A stretch of 64,000 bases of DNA from an uncultured Desulfosarcina sp. (GTDB taxonomy: Bacteria > Desulfobacterota > Desulfobacteria > Desulfobacterales > Desulfosarcinaceae), in the NCBI GenBank assembly GCA_963674945.2, contig CAXXWQ010000004.1, positions 2,848,001-2,912,000 on the forward strand, in the 5' to 3' direction. Below, piece by piece: positions 9,501 through 18,941 of this stretch. Under the pieces are notes generated by a model. That model ran no database searches. It was not told the origin of the DNA and saw only the letters and a program-made list of their open reading frames with translations. Each line of letters starts with the position of its first letter. Within the stretch, counting starts at the first letter, position 1. Both the position numbers and the translations under genes were made by a program.

Positions 9501-11435
9501 TTATGCCGGCTCTTCAGCCAAAATCCGGTCCACCATGGTTTCGTACTGCGCGAGGGTCCAACCGGCCACGTCGATGGCGTTTTCCGGGCACACGCTGGCG
9601 CATGCGCCGCACCCGAGGCACAGGGCCGGGGTGACTTGGGCCCGTTTCACCGCCTGACCATCCACGGTCATTTCCACCAAGTTCAATGCGCCGTCACTGA
9701 GGCAGGCTTCGACACATGAACCGTGGCCCTGGCATTTTGAAAGGTCCACCTCGGCCACGAATGGATCGAGCTCGACAACCCCTTGTCCCAAAAGGGCCGC
9801 CGCCTTTACGGCCGCTGCGCCTGCGGCATTGCACGCTTCGCCCACATCCATGGGCGCCTGACAGGTGCCGGCCAGAAGGATCCCGGCAATGGGCAGCTCC
9901 ACCGGCCGCAGCTTGGGGTGAACCTCGAGAAGAAAACGGTCCATTCCCACGGGCAGTTTCATCATCTCGACCAAATCATTCACCGGGCTGGCTTCGATAC
10001 CGGTGGCCAGCACCACCAGATCCACCGGCAGTTCGAGCTCTTCGTCAAAGGTCAGCGTATCCTTTACTTTGACCATCAGGGAGTAATCCATTTTTGCTCG
10101 ATCATTGGCGACGACGGTAGGGGCTTCATCGGCCTCGAACCGAAAAAACACCACCTGGTCACGGCCTGCCTGCTCGTAAAGATCTTCCTGTCCCCGGCCG
10201 TAGGTGCGGATGTCGCGATAACATTCGTACACCTTCGTGCCGGGATAGCGCTTGCGGATGGCGCTGGCCGCATTGAGGGTCGCCGAACAGCAGGTTCGCG
10301 AACAGTACTCGTTGAGATGACCGTCCGGACCCTCCGGATGAATGCCCGGAATCTGACGACTGCCGACGCAGTGAATCATGGCCATGCTTCGAATCCGACG
10401 CCCGTCCACGGACAGGACATTGCCTACATGGTTCTCTTTCGCCATGCGCCGAATCAAATCCGGCAGGGTGATGACTTCTTTGTGGTCACCAAAGCCATAT
10501 TCTCCCGGCTGGGGACGATAAGATCGAAAACCGGTCGCCAGAACGACGACCCCGGTTTCGACAGTGAAGGTTTCTGCCGTTGACGGCACTTTACCGGCGG
10601 CGACCCCGGCACATGGAACGTATTTTCCCGTCATCGTGTCGGATGGCCGCAGACGCTCCGTCTTATCCAAATCCGTGGTCGATGTGGGCGGCTGCTTGGT
10701 AATCGTAAGATTGAAGTTTCCCACGTAGCCGTCGAAGGCCGTCACCGTGGCACAGGCATGGATGGTGATCAGACGATGGTTCATTACCTGTCGGCTCAGT
10801 TCCTGGATCAGGTCGGAGGCCTTTTCGCCGGTGGGCGCCAGTCGGTCCAGATTGGCCAGCTGACCGCCCAGAAAAGGGCTTTTTTCGACCAGCGCAACGG
10901 TGATGCCTCGATCTGCCAGGTCCTTGGCCGCCTTCAGTCCTGCGACACCGCCACCGATCACCGTGGCGTGGCGCCTGGCTTTCACCTGGATCGGCTCCAG
11001 CGGTTTAAGCTGCTCGGCCTTGGCCGCCGCCATGGAGACCAGCCGAGTGGCCTTTTCCGTGGCCTTGTCACCATGGTGGACCCAGCTGACCTGCTCTCGG
11101 ATATTGGCATGATCGTAAATATACGGATTCCCACCGGCCCGGGCGATGGCCCCCCGGAAGGTGGTTTCATGAAGACTCGGTGCACATGAGGCCACCACGA
11201 CCCGATCGACGGTACCGTTTTTCAGGTCCTCCATGATCAGCGCCTGGCCGGGATCACTGCACATGAACATGTTGGTTCTGGCCACAGCCACTTCGGGCAA
11301 TTTCTCCACTCGGTCGCGAACGTGTTCCACATCCACGTGGTCTGAAATATTGCCGCCACAGTAGCAGATGTAGACGCCGACTTTTCCTTCGGGTTTTTTC
11401 AACGCGTTATCTTTTTTCTCTTCTGTCATGGTCAC
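9501..11435 (-). CDS. hdrA: Heterodisulfide reductase subunit A family protein
   Basis: GVYICYCGGNI, MCSDPGQ, GGGVAG, HCVGSR, CSRTCC, C-terminal ferredoxin motifs. Confidence 0.9.
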   Translation of the reverse strand: MTMTEEKKDNALKKPEGKVGVYICYCGGNISDHVDVEHVRDRVEKLPEVAVARTNMFMCSDPGQALIMEDLKNGTVDRVVVASCAPSLHETTFRGAIARAGGNPYIYDHANIREQVSWVHHGDKATEKATRLVSMAAAKAEQLKPLEPIQVKARRHATVIGGGVAGLKAAKDLADRGITVALVEKSPFLGGQLANLDRLAPTGEKASDLIQELSRQVMNHRLITIHACATVTAFDGYVGNFNLTITKQPPTSTTDLDKTERLRPSDTMTGKYVPCAGVAAGKVPSTAETFTVETGVVVLATGFRSYRPQPGEYGFGDHKEVITLPDLIRRMAKENHVGNVLSVDGRRIRSMAMIHCVGSRQIPGIHPEGPDGHLNEYCSRTCCSATLNAASAIRKRYPGTKVYECYRDIRTYGRGQEDLYEQAGRDQVVFFRFEADEAPTVVANDRAKMDYSLMVKVKDTLTFDEELELPVDLVVLATGIEASPVNDLVEMMKLPVGMDRFLLEVHPKLRPVELPIAGILLAGTCQAPMDVGEACNAAGAAAVKAAALLGQGVVELDPFVAEVDLSKCQGHGSCVEACLSDGALNLVEMTVDGQAVKRAQVTPALCLGCGACASVCPENAIDVAGWTLAQYETMVDRILAEEPA

Positions 11436-11474
11436 TCTCCACCGACCAGGAAAATGTTATAGTTAAAGCATACT

Positions 11475-12785
11475 TTATGCTGCCTTGGTTTTCGCGGATG
11501 CCTGTATTGCCGACAGATAATTGGCCGTCTCCATGGCGGCGGCGCCGGCCTCGGTAATGGTATCCACGATATCCTTGGGGCCGGCCGCCGCACCGGCAAC
11601 GAACACGCCCTCCATATCCGTAAGGGTCGGCGATATTTTGGGTCGTATGGTTCTCACGAACCGGTCTCCCGCCGTGGACACAGGACAGACACCGGATGGA
11701 TTCCAACCCGGCACCATACCCAGGGAGAGAACCACCAGATCGTGATTGGCCGTCTCGGTTCCGGCTCCATTTTGGGCCTCGTAGCGAAGGGTCACGCCAC
11801 CGTTTTCCCCCTGTCCGATGGATGCGACCTTTCCTTTGATGAACTCGATCCCCATGGCTTTGGCATTTTGGTAAAATTGTTCGTAGCCTTTACCGAAGGC
11901 CCGGATATCCATGTAGTAGATGGTCAAGTCCGCTAGCGGCAGGGCGCCGGAGAGCAGCATGGCCTGTTTGATGGTGTACATGCAGCAGACCCTGGAGCAA
12001 TAGGATACGCCCATGCTCTTGTCCCGGGAGCCGGCACACTGAACATAGGCAATGGCGTCGGGTTCCATTCCGTCGGATGGCCGCAGTACCCGGTTATACG
12101 GGCCATGGGGGGCGAGCAGCCGTTCCATTTGCAGGGCATCGATCACGTTGGGAATGTCGCCCATGCCGTATTGCGGCTTGTCGGAAAGCGAGGACATGGA
12201 AAAACCCGTGGTAATAACGGCCGCCTTGGCGGCAAGCGTAAATTCCTCTGCCTGCTGGAAGTAATCGATCGCCTGGGTGGGACACACCTTCTCGCATTTG
12301 CCGCATAGCATGCAGTTTTCCACAGCCAATACCGCCGTCTGGGGAATGGCGTTGGAAAAAGGAATGGCGATGGCCTTGGTGGCCGAGAAACCGCCCTGTT
12401 CCGGGTCGGATACATAGACCGGGCAGTTGTACTCACACTGGCGGCAACCGATGCATTTATCCGCATCCACATAACGCGGACGCCGGGTGATGGCTGCCGT
12501 GATCGTGTCGCCGTTGCGGTCCAACGACGTCAGATCACAATAGGTGAACAAGGTGATGTTGTCATGATGGGCGGCCGCCGCCATCTTCGGCGTGGTGATG
12601 CAGCTGGCGCAGTCAAGGGTGGGAAACACCTTTGAAAGCCGGATCATCTTGCCGCCGATGGTGGCGTCTTTTTCGACGATCGCCACCCGATACGACTGGT
12701 CCGCGAGATCAAGAGCTGCCTGGAGGCCGGCGATACCTCCACCCACGACAAGCACATCAAAATCGGTTTTGCGTTTGGCACTCAT
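11475..12785 (-). CDS. hdrA: HdrA family protein (short form)
   Basis: GGGIAG, FPTLDCASC, inserted ferredoxin motifs, QCAGSRD, CSRVCC. Confidence 0.85.
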   Translation of the reverse strand: MSAKRKTDFDVLVVGGGIAGLQAALDLADQSYRVAIVEKDATIGGKMIRLSKVFPTLDCASCITTPKMAAAAHHDNITLFTYCDLTSLDRNGDTITAAITRRPRYVDADKCIGCRQCEYNCPVYVSDPEQGGFSATKAIAIPFSNAIPQTAVLAVENCMLCGKCEKVCPTQAIDYFQQAEEFTLAAKAAVITTGFSMSSLSDKPQYGMGDIPNVIDALQMERLLAPHGPYNRVLRPSDGMEPDAIAYVQCAGSRDKSMGVSYCSRVCCMYTIKQAMLLSGALPLADLTIYYMDIRAFGKGYEQFYQNAKAMGIEFIKGKVASIGQGENGGVTLRYEAQNGAGTETANHDLVVLSLGMVPGWNPSGVCPVSTAGDRFVRTIRPKISPTLTDMEGVFVAGAAAGPKDIVDTITEAGAAAMETANYLSAIQASAKTKAA

Positions 12786-12864
12786 TCATTCCTCCCGAAA
12801 TATCCGGCGATTTACTGCCCACAACCGGTTGACCTTTTTCCTGGCTCCGGACATTTCTCGTCCA

Positions 12865-13284
12865 TCATGCCAGTTGCGGCGGACCGATTTCCTGGATCAA
12901 GGTGTTCATCTGGTTGACCTCGTTGAGAAAGGCCCGGTTACACACCGTGCAGATGGCCGTCAGGCGAAGCCGACGGATATCCAGGGCCAATTCTTTCATC
13001 CTGGCGTATACCCGGTCCAGCCGTTTGGCCAATGCTTTGTAGGCGCCCTCATACGGGCATTCCTCTCCGCATGACATGACGATGATGCCGCTGATCCCCT
13101 TTCGAAAACAATCCAGATAAAACTTCTCGGGAAAGAGAACCGGCGCCTTGACCCTGAGGATATAGGTGTTGGCCGGATAACTGGCGTGGGCCTGGCCCAC
13201 CGAATCTGCACCGGGGTAGGCACAACTTTCGGTGGCCAGGATCAGGATCTTGCCTACTGTTGATTCGTTTGGCAAAGATGGCAT
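12865..13284 (-). CDS. mvhD: MvhD-like [2Fe-2S] subunit, Cys form
   Basis: CAYPGAD..G...YP..T.ILRV, SCGEECPY, RLRLTAICTVC; start at ATG 13284. Confidence 0.75.
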   Translation of the reverse strand: MPSLPNESTVGKILILATESCAYPGADSVGQAHASYPANTYILRVKAPVLFPEKFYLDCFRKGISGIIVMSCGEECPYEGAYKALAKRLDRVYARMKELALDIRRLRLTAICTVCNRAFLNEVNQMNTLIQEIGPPQLA

Positions 13285-13297
13285 GATGCGGCCCCGT

Positions 13298-13552
13298 TTA
13301 CTTGCTTCTGCGAACGAAGTGTTTGTCGTAGCCATCGGCTTCTTGTACGCCGATGTAAACGTGGCCGACCTTATTCGCCCATGCGGGAATGTCCGTACGC
13401 GTGCCGGAATCATTGGAGTAAATCTCCAGTACTTCGCCGACCTTTACCTTGCCGATGCCTTTCTTTGCTTCCAGAAGCGGTCCTGGGCAGGCACTGCCTC
13501 TTGCGTCAACGGTGTTGGCCACTTCCACGGAACTCAAATTGATGTCAGACAT
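13298..13552 (-). CDS. tusA: Sulfur carrier TusA family protein
   Basis: DARGSACPGP motif; GEVLEI.S.D.G...DIP.W. Confidence 0.85.
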   Translation of the reverse strand: MSDINLSSVEVANTVDARGSACPGPLLEAKKGIGKVKVGEVLEIYSNDSGTRTDIPAWANKVGHVYIGVQEADGYDKHFVRRSK

Positions 13553-13826
13553 GATGGGGTTCCTTTCGCGTTTTTGGTGTTTGGTTTTTTTTCTTTCTCA
13601 GCCGCAGCCGGGTCAACGGACCGTCGTGAATAACGGTTTCCCTGGCAATCAGATCGTAATTGGTATGGGGAAGAATTCGCAGGACATCTTTTATCATTGC
13701 GGCCTCATCCGGATCCGTTCCCGCTATTATCTCCATCTCATCCCCTGGTTCCATTTCGCGGAACAAATTGGTGATCTGCAGAAGAGAAAAAGGAATCAAC
13801 GTCTCGCGCAAATCAAATGAAACCAT
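13545..13826 (-). CDS. TusA-like protein lacking the CPxP cysteine
   Basis: FDLRETLIPFSLL...MEPGDEMEII: TusA-fold pattern with IP in place of CP. Confidence 0.6.
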   Translation of the reverse strand: MVSFDLRETLIPFSLLQITNLFREMEPGDEMEIIAGTDPDEAAMIKDVLRILPHTNYDLIARETVIHDGPLTRLRLRKKKNQTPKTRKEPHHV

Positions 13827-13895
13827 TGTGGCGCCTGCTTCGTTTGTTTTGGAAAAGTATCTGTTGCTGTTGATTTCATCTCACACGAATGTATG

Positions 13896-13911
13896 AGCAA
13901 AGCCGATGCCA
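13896..13911 (-). promoter_or_regulatory. sigma54 -24/-12 promoter
   Basis: TGGCATCGGCTTTGCT (GG-N10-GC) 70 bp upstream of the operon, divergent from a bEBP gene. Confidence 0.8.
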
Positions 13912-14091
13912 CAACGCCCAAGGCAAATTGGAAATTTAAATTTCATTTCATTTCGGATTGATACAAGCGAATGGATGATATTGCGTTCGATCCTGCTTGC
14001 TTTTGATGGTCTCCGGCTTGGCAACCATCTGTTCATGTGTTAAGTTTGTGAACAGGTGTTTTGTTTAACTTTTTTACAGCAGGACAAAACG

Positions 14092-15471
14092 ATGAACAAC
14101 ATCGACATCAATGACTACTGGAAACTTGTGGTCGACACCATTCAGGATGGTGTGATAGTGGTCAGTCCGGAGGGTATCATTGTCTCCATCAACCGCGCCT
14201 TCGAGGAGATCACCGGGTATGATCGACGGGAAATCGTGGGCCGGAAATGCACGACCCTCAACTGCACCTCCTGCAACATCGTTAGACAAGAAGAGGCATG
14301 CCACTGGTGTGTACTGTTCAGGCGTGGCTCTTTGAGCAAACAGCGTTGCAGCATTACCCGCAAGGACGGACGAATCGTTCATATCCTGAAAAACGCCTCG
14401 GTTCTCAAGAATCAACGTGGTGTGGTCACGGGAGCCGTGGAGACCATGACAGATATCACGGAACTGGTGGACAAGGAGACTCAGATCGAAACCTACCGCC
14501 AGGAACTGGATGCCGAGGATCGTTTTCACGGCATGATCGGTACCAGCGCCGCCATGAAGCGGGTGTTCGCGTTGATTGCCAATGCCGCCGTGTCTGACGC
14601 ACCGGTAATCATCTATGGGGAAAGCGGGTCCGGCAAAGAGATGGTGGCCAGGGCCATTCACAATGCCGGCCTGCGCCATGAACGACCCTACGTGAAAGTC
14701 AACTGCGCTGCCTTGAACGAATCCCTATTGGAAAGCGAATTGTTCGGCCATGTAAAGGGCGCCTATACCGGTGCACACAAGAGTCGCCAAGGCCGTTTCG
14801 AGGCCGCCAACGGGGGAGATATCTTCCTGGATGAAATCGGGGACCTGCCCCTTTCCACCCAGGTGAAGTTGCTACGGGTATTGGAGGAAAAAGTGGTGGA
14901 ACGGGTGGGGGACAATCAACCCATCGATGTCGACGTGCGAATCATCTCCGCTACCAACCGAAACCTGGCGGAAATGATCAACGCCGGTACGTTTAGAGAA
15001 GATTTTTACTACCGCATCAACGTCATTCCAGTCCACATTCCGCCCCTTCGGGACCGTGTCGAGGACATTCCCTTGTTGGCAAGGTCCTTTTTCAATCGCA
15101 TCCAAATGAAAAGCGGCAAGCATCTGGATGGCATCTCCAAAGAGGCCATGGATCGCCTCGTGACGTACAATTGGCCGGGAAATGCCCGAGAGCTGAAAAG
15201 CGCCTTCGAGTTTGCCTTCGTCAGTTGCCCGGACGGTTTGATTGGCGCCGAGCATCTGCCGCCACAGATCACCAGCGTTGATCCGGCTTGCAGGGAAGTG
15301 CCGTTGTCAATGGATGAGAGTCTCGATGATGTCAAGAAACGAAAATTGGTGGATACGTTGCGGCGCACCAGGGGCAACAAGTCCGAAACGGCACGTCTGC
15401 TTGGAATTTCCCGAACCAGTGTCTGGAACCAGATGAAGAAATACAACCTCACCAAAATGCGATATTCTTGA
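14092..15471 (+). CDS. sigma54-dependent activator (PAS-AAA+-HTH)
   Basis: GESGSGKE, GAYTGA, FLDEIG, WPGNAREL, Fis HTH; Cys-rich PAS domain. Confidence 0.9.
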   Translation: MNNIDINDYWKLVVDTIQDGVIVVSPEGIIVSINRAFEEITGYDRREIVGRKCTTLNCTSCNIVRQEEACHWCVLFRRGSLSKQRCSITRKDGRIVHILKNASVLKNQRGVVTGAVETMTDITELVDKETQIETYRQELDAEDRFHGMIGTSAAMKRVFALIANAAVSDAPVIIYGESGSGKEMVARAIHNAGLRHERPYVKVNCAALNESLLESELFGHVKGAYTGAHKSRQGRFEAANGGDIFLDEIGDLPLSTQVKLLRVLEEKVVERVGDNQPIDVDVRIISATNRNLAEMINAGTFREDFYYRINVIPVHIPPLRDRVEDIPLLARSFFNRIQMKSGKHLDGISKEAMDRLVTYNWPGNARELKSAFEFAFVSCPDGLIGAEHLPPQITSVDPACREVPLSMDESLDDVKKRKLVDTLRRTRGNKSETARLLGISRTSVWNQMKKYNLTKMRYS

Positions 15472-15599
15472 GTTAGAAACATACAACTCTCGAATTAGTA
15501 GTGTAAGACGGGGTGCTGTTCACCCGGTTACAACGGCAACGATTAAAACACGAACGTGTTTTGTTTTCCGGCCGATGGACCGGAAATCCAAGCCACCCG

Positions 15600-17204
15600 C
15601 TATGCGGATTGTCGTTGACAAAAATGGGAGAAAAATCTTTGGACCGCTTCGGCCACCCGCTCTCCGTCCACGGCGCAGGAGACGATGCCACCGGCATATC
15701 CGGCACCCTCACCGCAGGGAAAAAGGCCAGCAACGGATGGATGCTGCAGTGAATCCGGTTCCCTGGGAATTCTCACGGGAGAACTGGTCCTCGACTCGAC
15801 ACCCACCACCACGGCATCGTTGGTCAAAAACCCCTTCATCTTTTCATCGAAGGTTTTGAGGCCGGACTGGAGTCTTCGGTAAATGGTTGCGGGAAGCCAT
15901 TCTTGCAGAGAGGAGACGGCCACTCCCGGCGGATAGGAGCATGGGGGAATAGAAGAAGAATATTTTCCCTCGACGAAGTCCACCAGCCGCTGAGCCGGTG
16001 CGACCATCTGGCCGCCGCCGTGGTCGAAGGCCGCCGCTTCCAGTTTTCGCTGATAGTCTAAACCGGCCAGGGGATTAGCGGTATCCATACCGGGAATATC
16101 CGAGAGCGCAATCTCCACCACGATGCCGGCATTGGCAAAGGGAGAGTTGCGGCGGGAAAAGGACATGCCGTTGACCACGATCGTCCGATCCTCGGTGGCG
16201 GCGGGCACGATGATACCGCCCGGGCACATGCAAAAACTGTATACACCGCGACCGTCCACCTGGACTGCGAGTCGGTAGTTGGCTGGCGGCAGGAAATCAC
16301 CGCGATCTCTTTTGTACTGGACCCGGTCGATAAGCTGCTGGGGGTGTTCCACCCGAACGCCCATGGCAAAGGCCTTTGGCTCCAGCGACACCCCCTGTCT
16401 TACCAACACCTCGTAAACATCCCGCGCGCTATGGCCGGTGGCCAGGACCACTGCATGGCCGTCGATGCGATGACCCGCTGCAAGACGAACGCCGGTGGCC
16501 CTGCCGTTGGAGATGGTGACTTCCACTACTTTTTGTTGGAAATGGATCTCCCCGCCTGCGGAAAGGATGGTTTGGCCCATTGCCGAAACGATGTCCGGCA
16601 ACCGGTTGGATCCGATGTGGGGATGGGCTTCGTATAGAATAGAGGGATCGGCACCGTGCCGGCAAAATCGATGGAGAATGCGTTTGTGGTCCCCCCGCTT
16701 CCTGGATCGGGTGTAGAGCTTGCCATCGGAAAAGGTACCGGCGCCACCTTCGCCGAAGGCATAGTTGGATTCGCCGTCGAGAACGCCTCGCCGGTTCAAG
16801 GCTGCCACATCCTTGCGACGCGGCGCTACCGGCTTTCCCCGTTCGACCACGATCGGCTTGACCCCCAACTCGATGAGGCGAAGGGCGGCAAACAGGCCGG
16901 CCGGACCGGCGCCGACGACCACCGCCGGCGGTGCGGCGTGAACATCCCGGTAGCAAAAAGTCGGCTCATTTTCGCGAGGATCCTCTCCTTCGCCAAAAAC
17001 CCGCAGGTTCAGATGGATTCGGATTTGTCCCCGACGAGCGTCGATGGAACGATGGGTGATGATCCATCGATCGGGGGGGACAAAGAGGCTCAATTTTCGC
17101 GTCAGCTCACGCTGGATCTCCTCCTTCGTGGCGGCTTGGCGGGGGGATAAAAGTAAAGAGACATCTTCGGGCATGTGGATATCCGGATCGTATGTTTCCG
17201 TCAC
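15600..17204 (-). CDS. FAD-dependent oxidoreductase (uncharacterised family)
   Basis: VGAGPAG, GEGGAGTFSDGKL, FCMCPGG, ESRTSSP, GEGAGYAGGI motifs. Confidence 0.85.
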   Translation of the reverse strand: MTETYDPDIHMPEDVSLLLSPRQAATKEEIQRELTRKLSLFVPPDRWIITHRSIDARRGQIRIHLNLRVFGEGEDPRENEPTFCYRDVHAAPPAVVVGAGPAGLFAALRLIELGVKPIVVERGKPVAPRRKDVAALNRRGVLDGESNYAFGEGGAGTFSDGKLYTRSRKRGDHKRILHRFCRHGADPSILYEAHPHIGSNRLPDIVSAMGQTILSAGGEIHFQQKVVEVTISNGRATGVRLAAGHRIDGHAVVLATGHSARDVYEVLVRQGVSLEPKAFAMGVRVEHPQQLIDRVQYKRDRGDFLPPANYRLAVQVDGRGVYSFCMCPGGIIVPAATEDRTIVVNGMSFSRRNSPFANAGIVVEIALSDIPGMDTANPLAGLDYQRKLEAAAFDHGGGQMVAPAQRLVDFVEGKYSSSIPPCSYPPGVAVSSLQEWLPATIYRRLQSGLKTFDEKMKGFLTNDAVVVGVESRTSSPVRIPREPDSLQHPSVAGLFPCGEGAGYAGGIVSCAVDGERVAEAVQRFFSHFCQRQSA

Positions 17205-17309
17205 TGTCGTAGTTTTCTACCCAACATTGATTGGGTGATGGTGTTGATTTTCATCCGACACGCTTTATGTTATGGCATATTTGCTTCGAAATAAAGTTTT
17301 TCATCGTTT

Positions 17310-17725
17310 TTAATAAAGAGGAATTTTATCCTTCCAATTCGTTTCCGGCGAAAACCGGAGGGCTTGTGCAAACACTTTTGGATATTCCGGATAGCTCGTT
17401 AGTTCCACATAATTCACCCGACGGGCGATCTCCATCGACATTTGGCGCTGCGATTTGGAAATCAACGCCTTTTTTGCGCCAACGCCTGCTGCGTTTCCCA
17501 CTTGAGAGTAACGGTCCAGGGCAAACGGTGGCAGCATCCCGATACGAATGGCGCTTGCCACATCAATATAGTTGCCAAAGGCGCCGGCGATGATCACCTC
17601 GTCGACATCTTGCCAATGGATGCCGGCTTGTTTCAAAAGGATATTCATCCCAGAACCGATGGCACCTTTGGCCAGTTGAATTTCACTCAGGTCATTTCCG
17701 GTAAGCGTGATGTCTTTTCCGGTGA
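17310..17725 (-). pseudogene. C-terminal remnant of an ASKHA/RACo corrinoid-activation ATPase
   Basis: TGKDITLTGNDLSEIQLAKGAI...IAGAFGNYID...IGMLP...VGNAA; an in-frame stop just upstream and no N-terminal domains. Confidence 0.75.
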
Positions 17726-17748
17726 ATTCTTCTTTTCTCAGTTTACTC

Positions 17749-17764
17749 TACAACAAATGCGCCA
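17749..17764 (-). promoter_or_regulatory. Possible sigma54 promoter variant upstream of the RACo remnant
   Basis: TGGCGCATTTGTTGTA (GG-N10-GT). Confidence 0.35.
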
Positions 17765-18207
17765 TGGTTTTGAGATTTTTCGCACACTTATCTTTTTGCT
17801 GCAATTATTCTCATTCTAATATGTTTTCTGTATGTTATATGAATCCCATGATAGAAGTTCTTCTCTCTTTCATGTCGGTTGGCCGCAGCTGCAGGTGTTA
17901 ACAGCGTGTTAAGTAACGCATTGTTACGATGGTTACACTTGGTGGCGCTACCTTAAGATGGAACTCGAAAGGCTCCTGTTCTTTCAAAGGGATTTTGTTG
18001 GAAATAGAAAAATCGGACAATCGTATTAGGAAAAACGTAAGAAGACTTCTTACGCGATGCCGTCTAATGCTTTACTCACCATCCTTGCCGCAGCCCGGCG
18101 ATTTAGTGCTCCCCCGGGTTGCGGTAAACCAGCAACATCCCGGAAACCTTAGGGACACCAGTGTGTCCGCTTGGTTTTCAGCCGGCAACTATCAAAGAAA
18201 TGCGATC

Positions 18208-18593
18208 ATGGAAACGGTTTCATTTGAAAATATCGCTATTGTTTCCTGCGGCACCATGAGCATTGAGCTCAATTATTTGAAAAAAGCCGATGAGGCGGAA
18301 AGAAATCGAATCAAAGATGAAATTGCCCCTTGAGAGCCGGTATGGTGGATGACACCGGGATGGATCAAATTCCGGAAGGATATCTTCAAGAGTTGGGACC
18401 ATGCCCTCGCCAACGAGAACTTTCCCAGACAGACCGGGGGCGTCATCGTGCTGGATGGCACAGGGTACATGGACACCTGCATGGCGCAGGAGCCCGAGGC
18501 TCCGACTGGATGGGCATTCCCATCATTCCCGACCAGACATCCCTGGACCGATTCAAATCACTGCTGTTCGATCAGGCACGGAAACAATGTTGA
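18208..18593 (+). pseudogene. DUF1638-like (corrinoid-associated) pseudogene
   Basis: IAIVSCGTM start, apparent internal deletion, in-frame TGA at 18331, WWMTPGW motif, frameshift before SDWMGIPI...SLDRFK. Confidence 0.65.
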
Positions 18594-18689
18594 ACCGGCA
18601 ATCTGGGTGCGGTCTTATTTCAAAGAAGAGAGGGGAATGCGCTATTGCATCTGGTTGACCCAGCGTGAAAAGGTATGAAAGCATAAACA

Positions 18690-18815
18690 GCACCATTATT
18701 GTCCCGGCACCGACGATTACTACCGGCGGTACGACGTGTACGTCCCCAAAGAAGAAGGACGGCTCGTTTTCACGTTGATCCTCTCCTTCGCCAAAGACCC
18801 GAAGATTCAAATGGA
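18690..18815 (-). pseudogene. Diverged duplicate fragment of the FAD oxidoreductase at 15600-17204
   Basis: NLRVFGEGEDQRENEPSF...DVH..PPVVIVGAG versus NLRVFGEGEDPRENEPTF...DVHAAPPAVVVGAG. Confidence 0.8.
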
Positions 18816-18915
18816 CTTTTTATAAAAAGCGTTTCCCTCGTTTTCGCCTATCGGCAATATAAATATTAACGAGTTTCTTGCATGCGATTGTTTGGCCATA
18901 CGTGCCCTGGAAAAG

Positions 18916-18932
18916 CTTTTTACGAAGCCGTC
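18916..18932. repeat. Isolated right TIR of the MITE-like element
   Basis: CTTTTTACGAAGCCGTC, identical to the right end of copy 1. Confidence 0.65.
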
Positions 18933-18941
18933 AATAGGTAC

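Noticed and set aside
18078..18124. Hairpin CCGCAGCCCGG/CCGGGTTGCGG upstream of the DUF1638 relic as a cobalamin riboswitch
   Set aside because: No B12-box or other riboswitch consensus recognised
18331..18333. In-frame TGA in the DUF1638-like gene as a fifth Sec
   Set aside because: No Cys-type motif and no clear GG-loop hairpin, and the gene also has a deletion and a frameshift; a nonsense mutation is more likely
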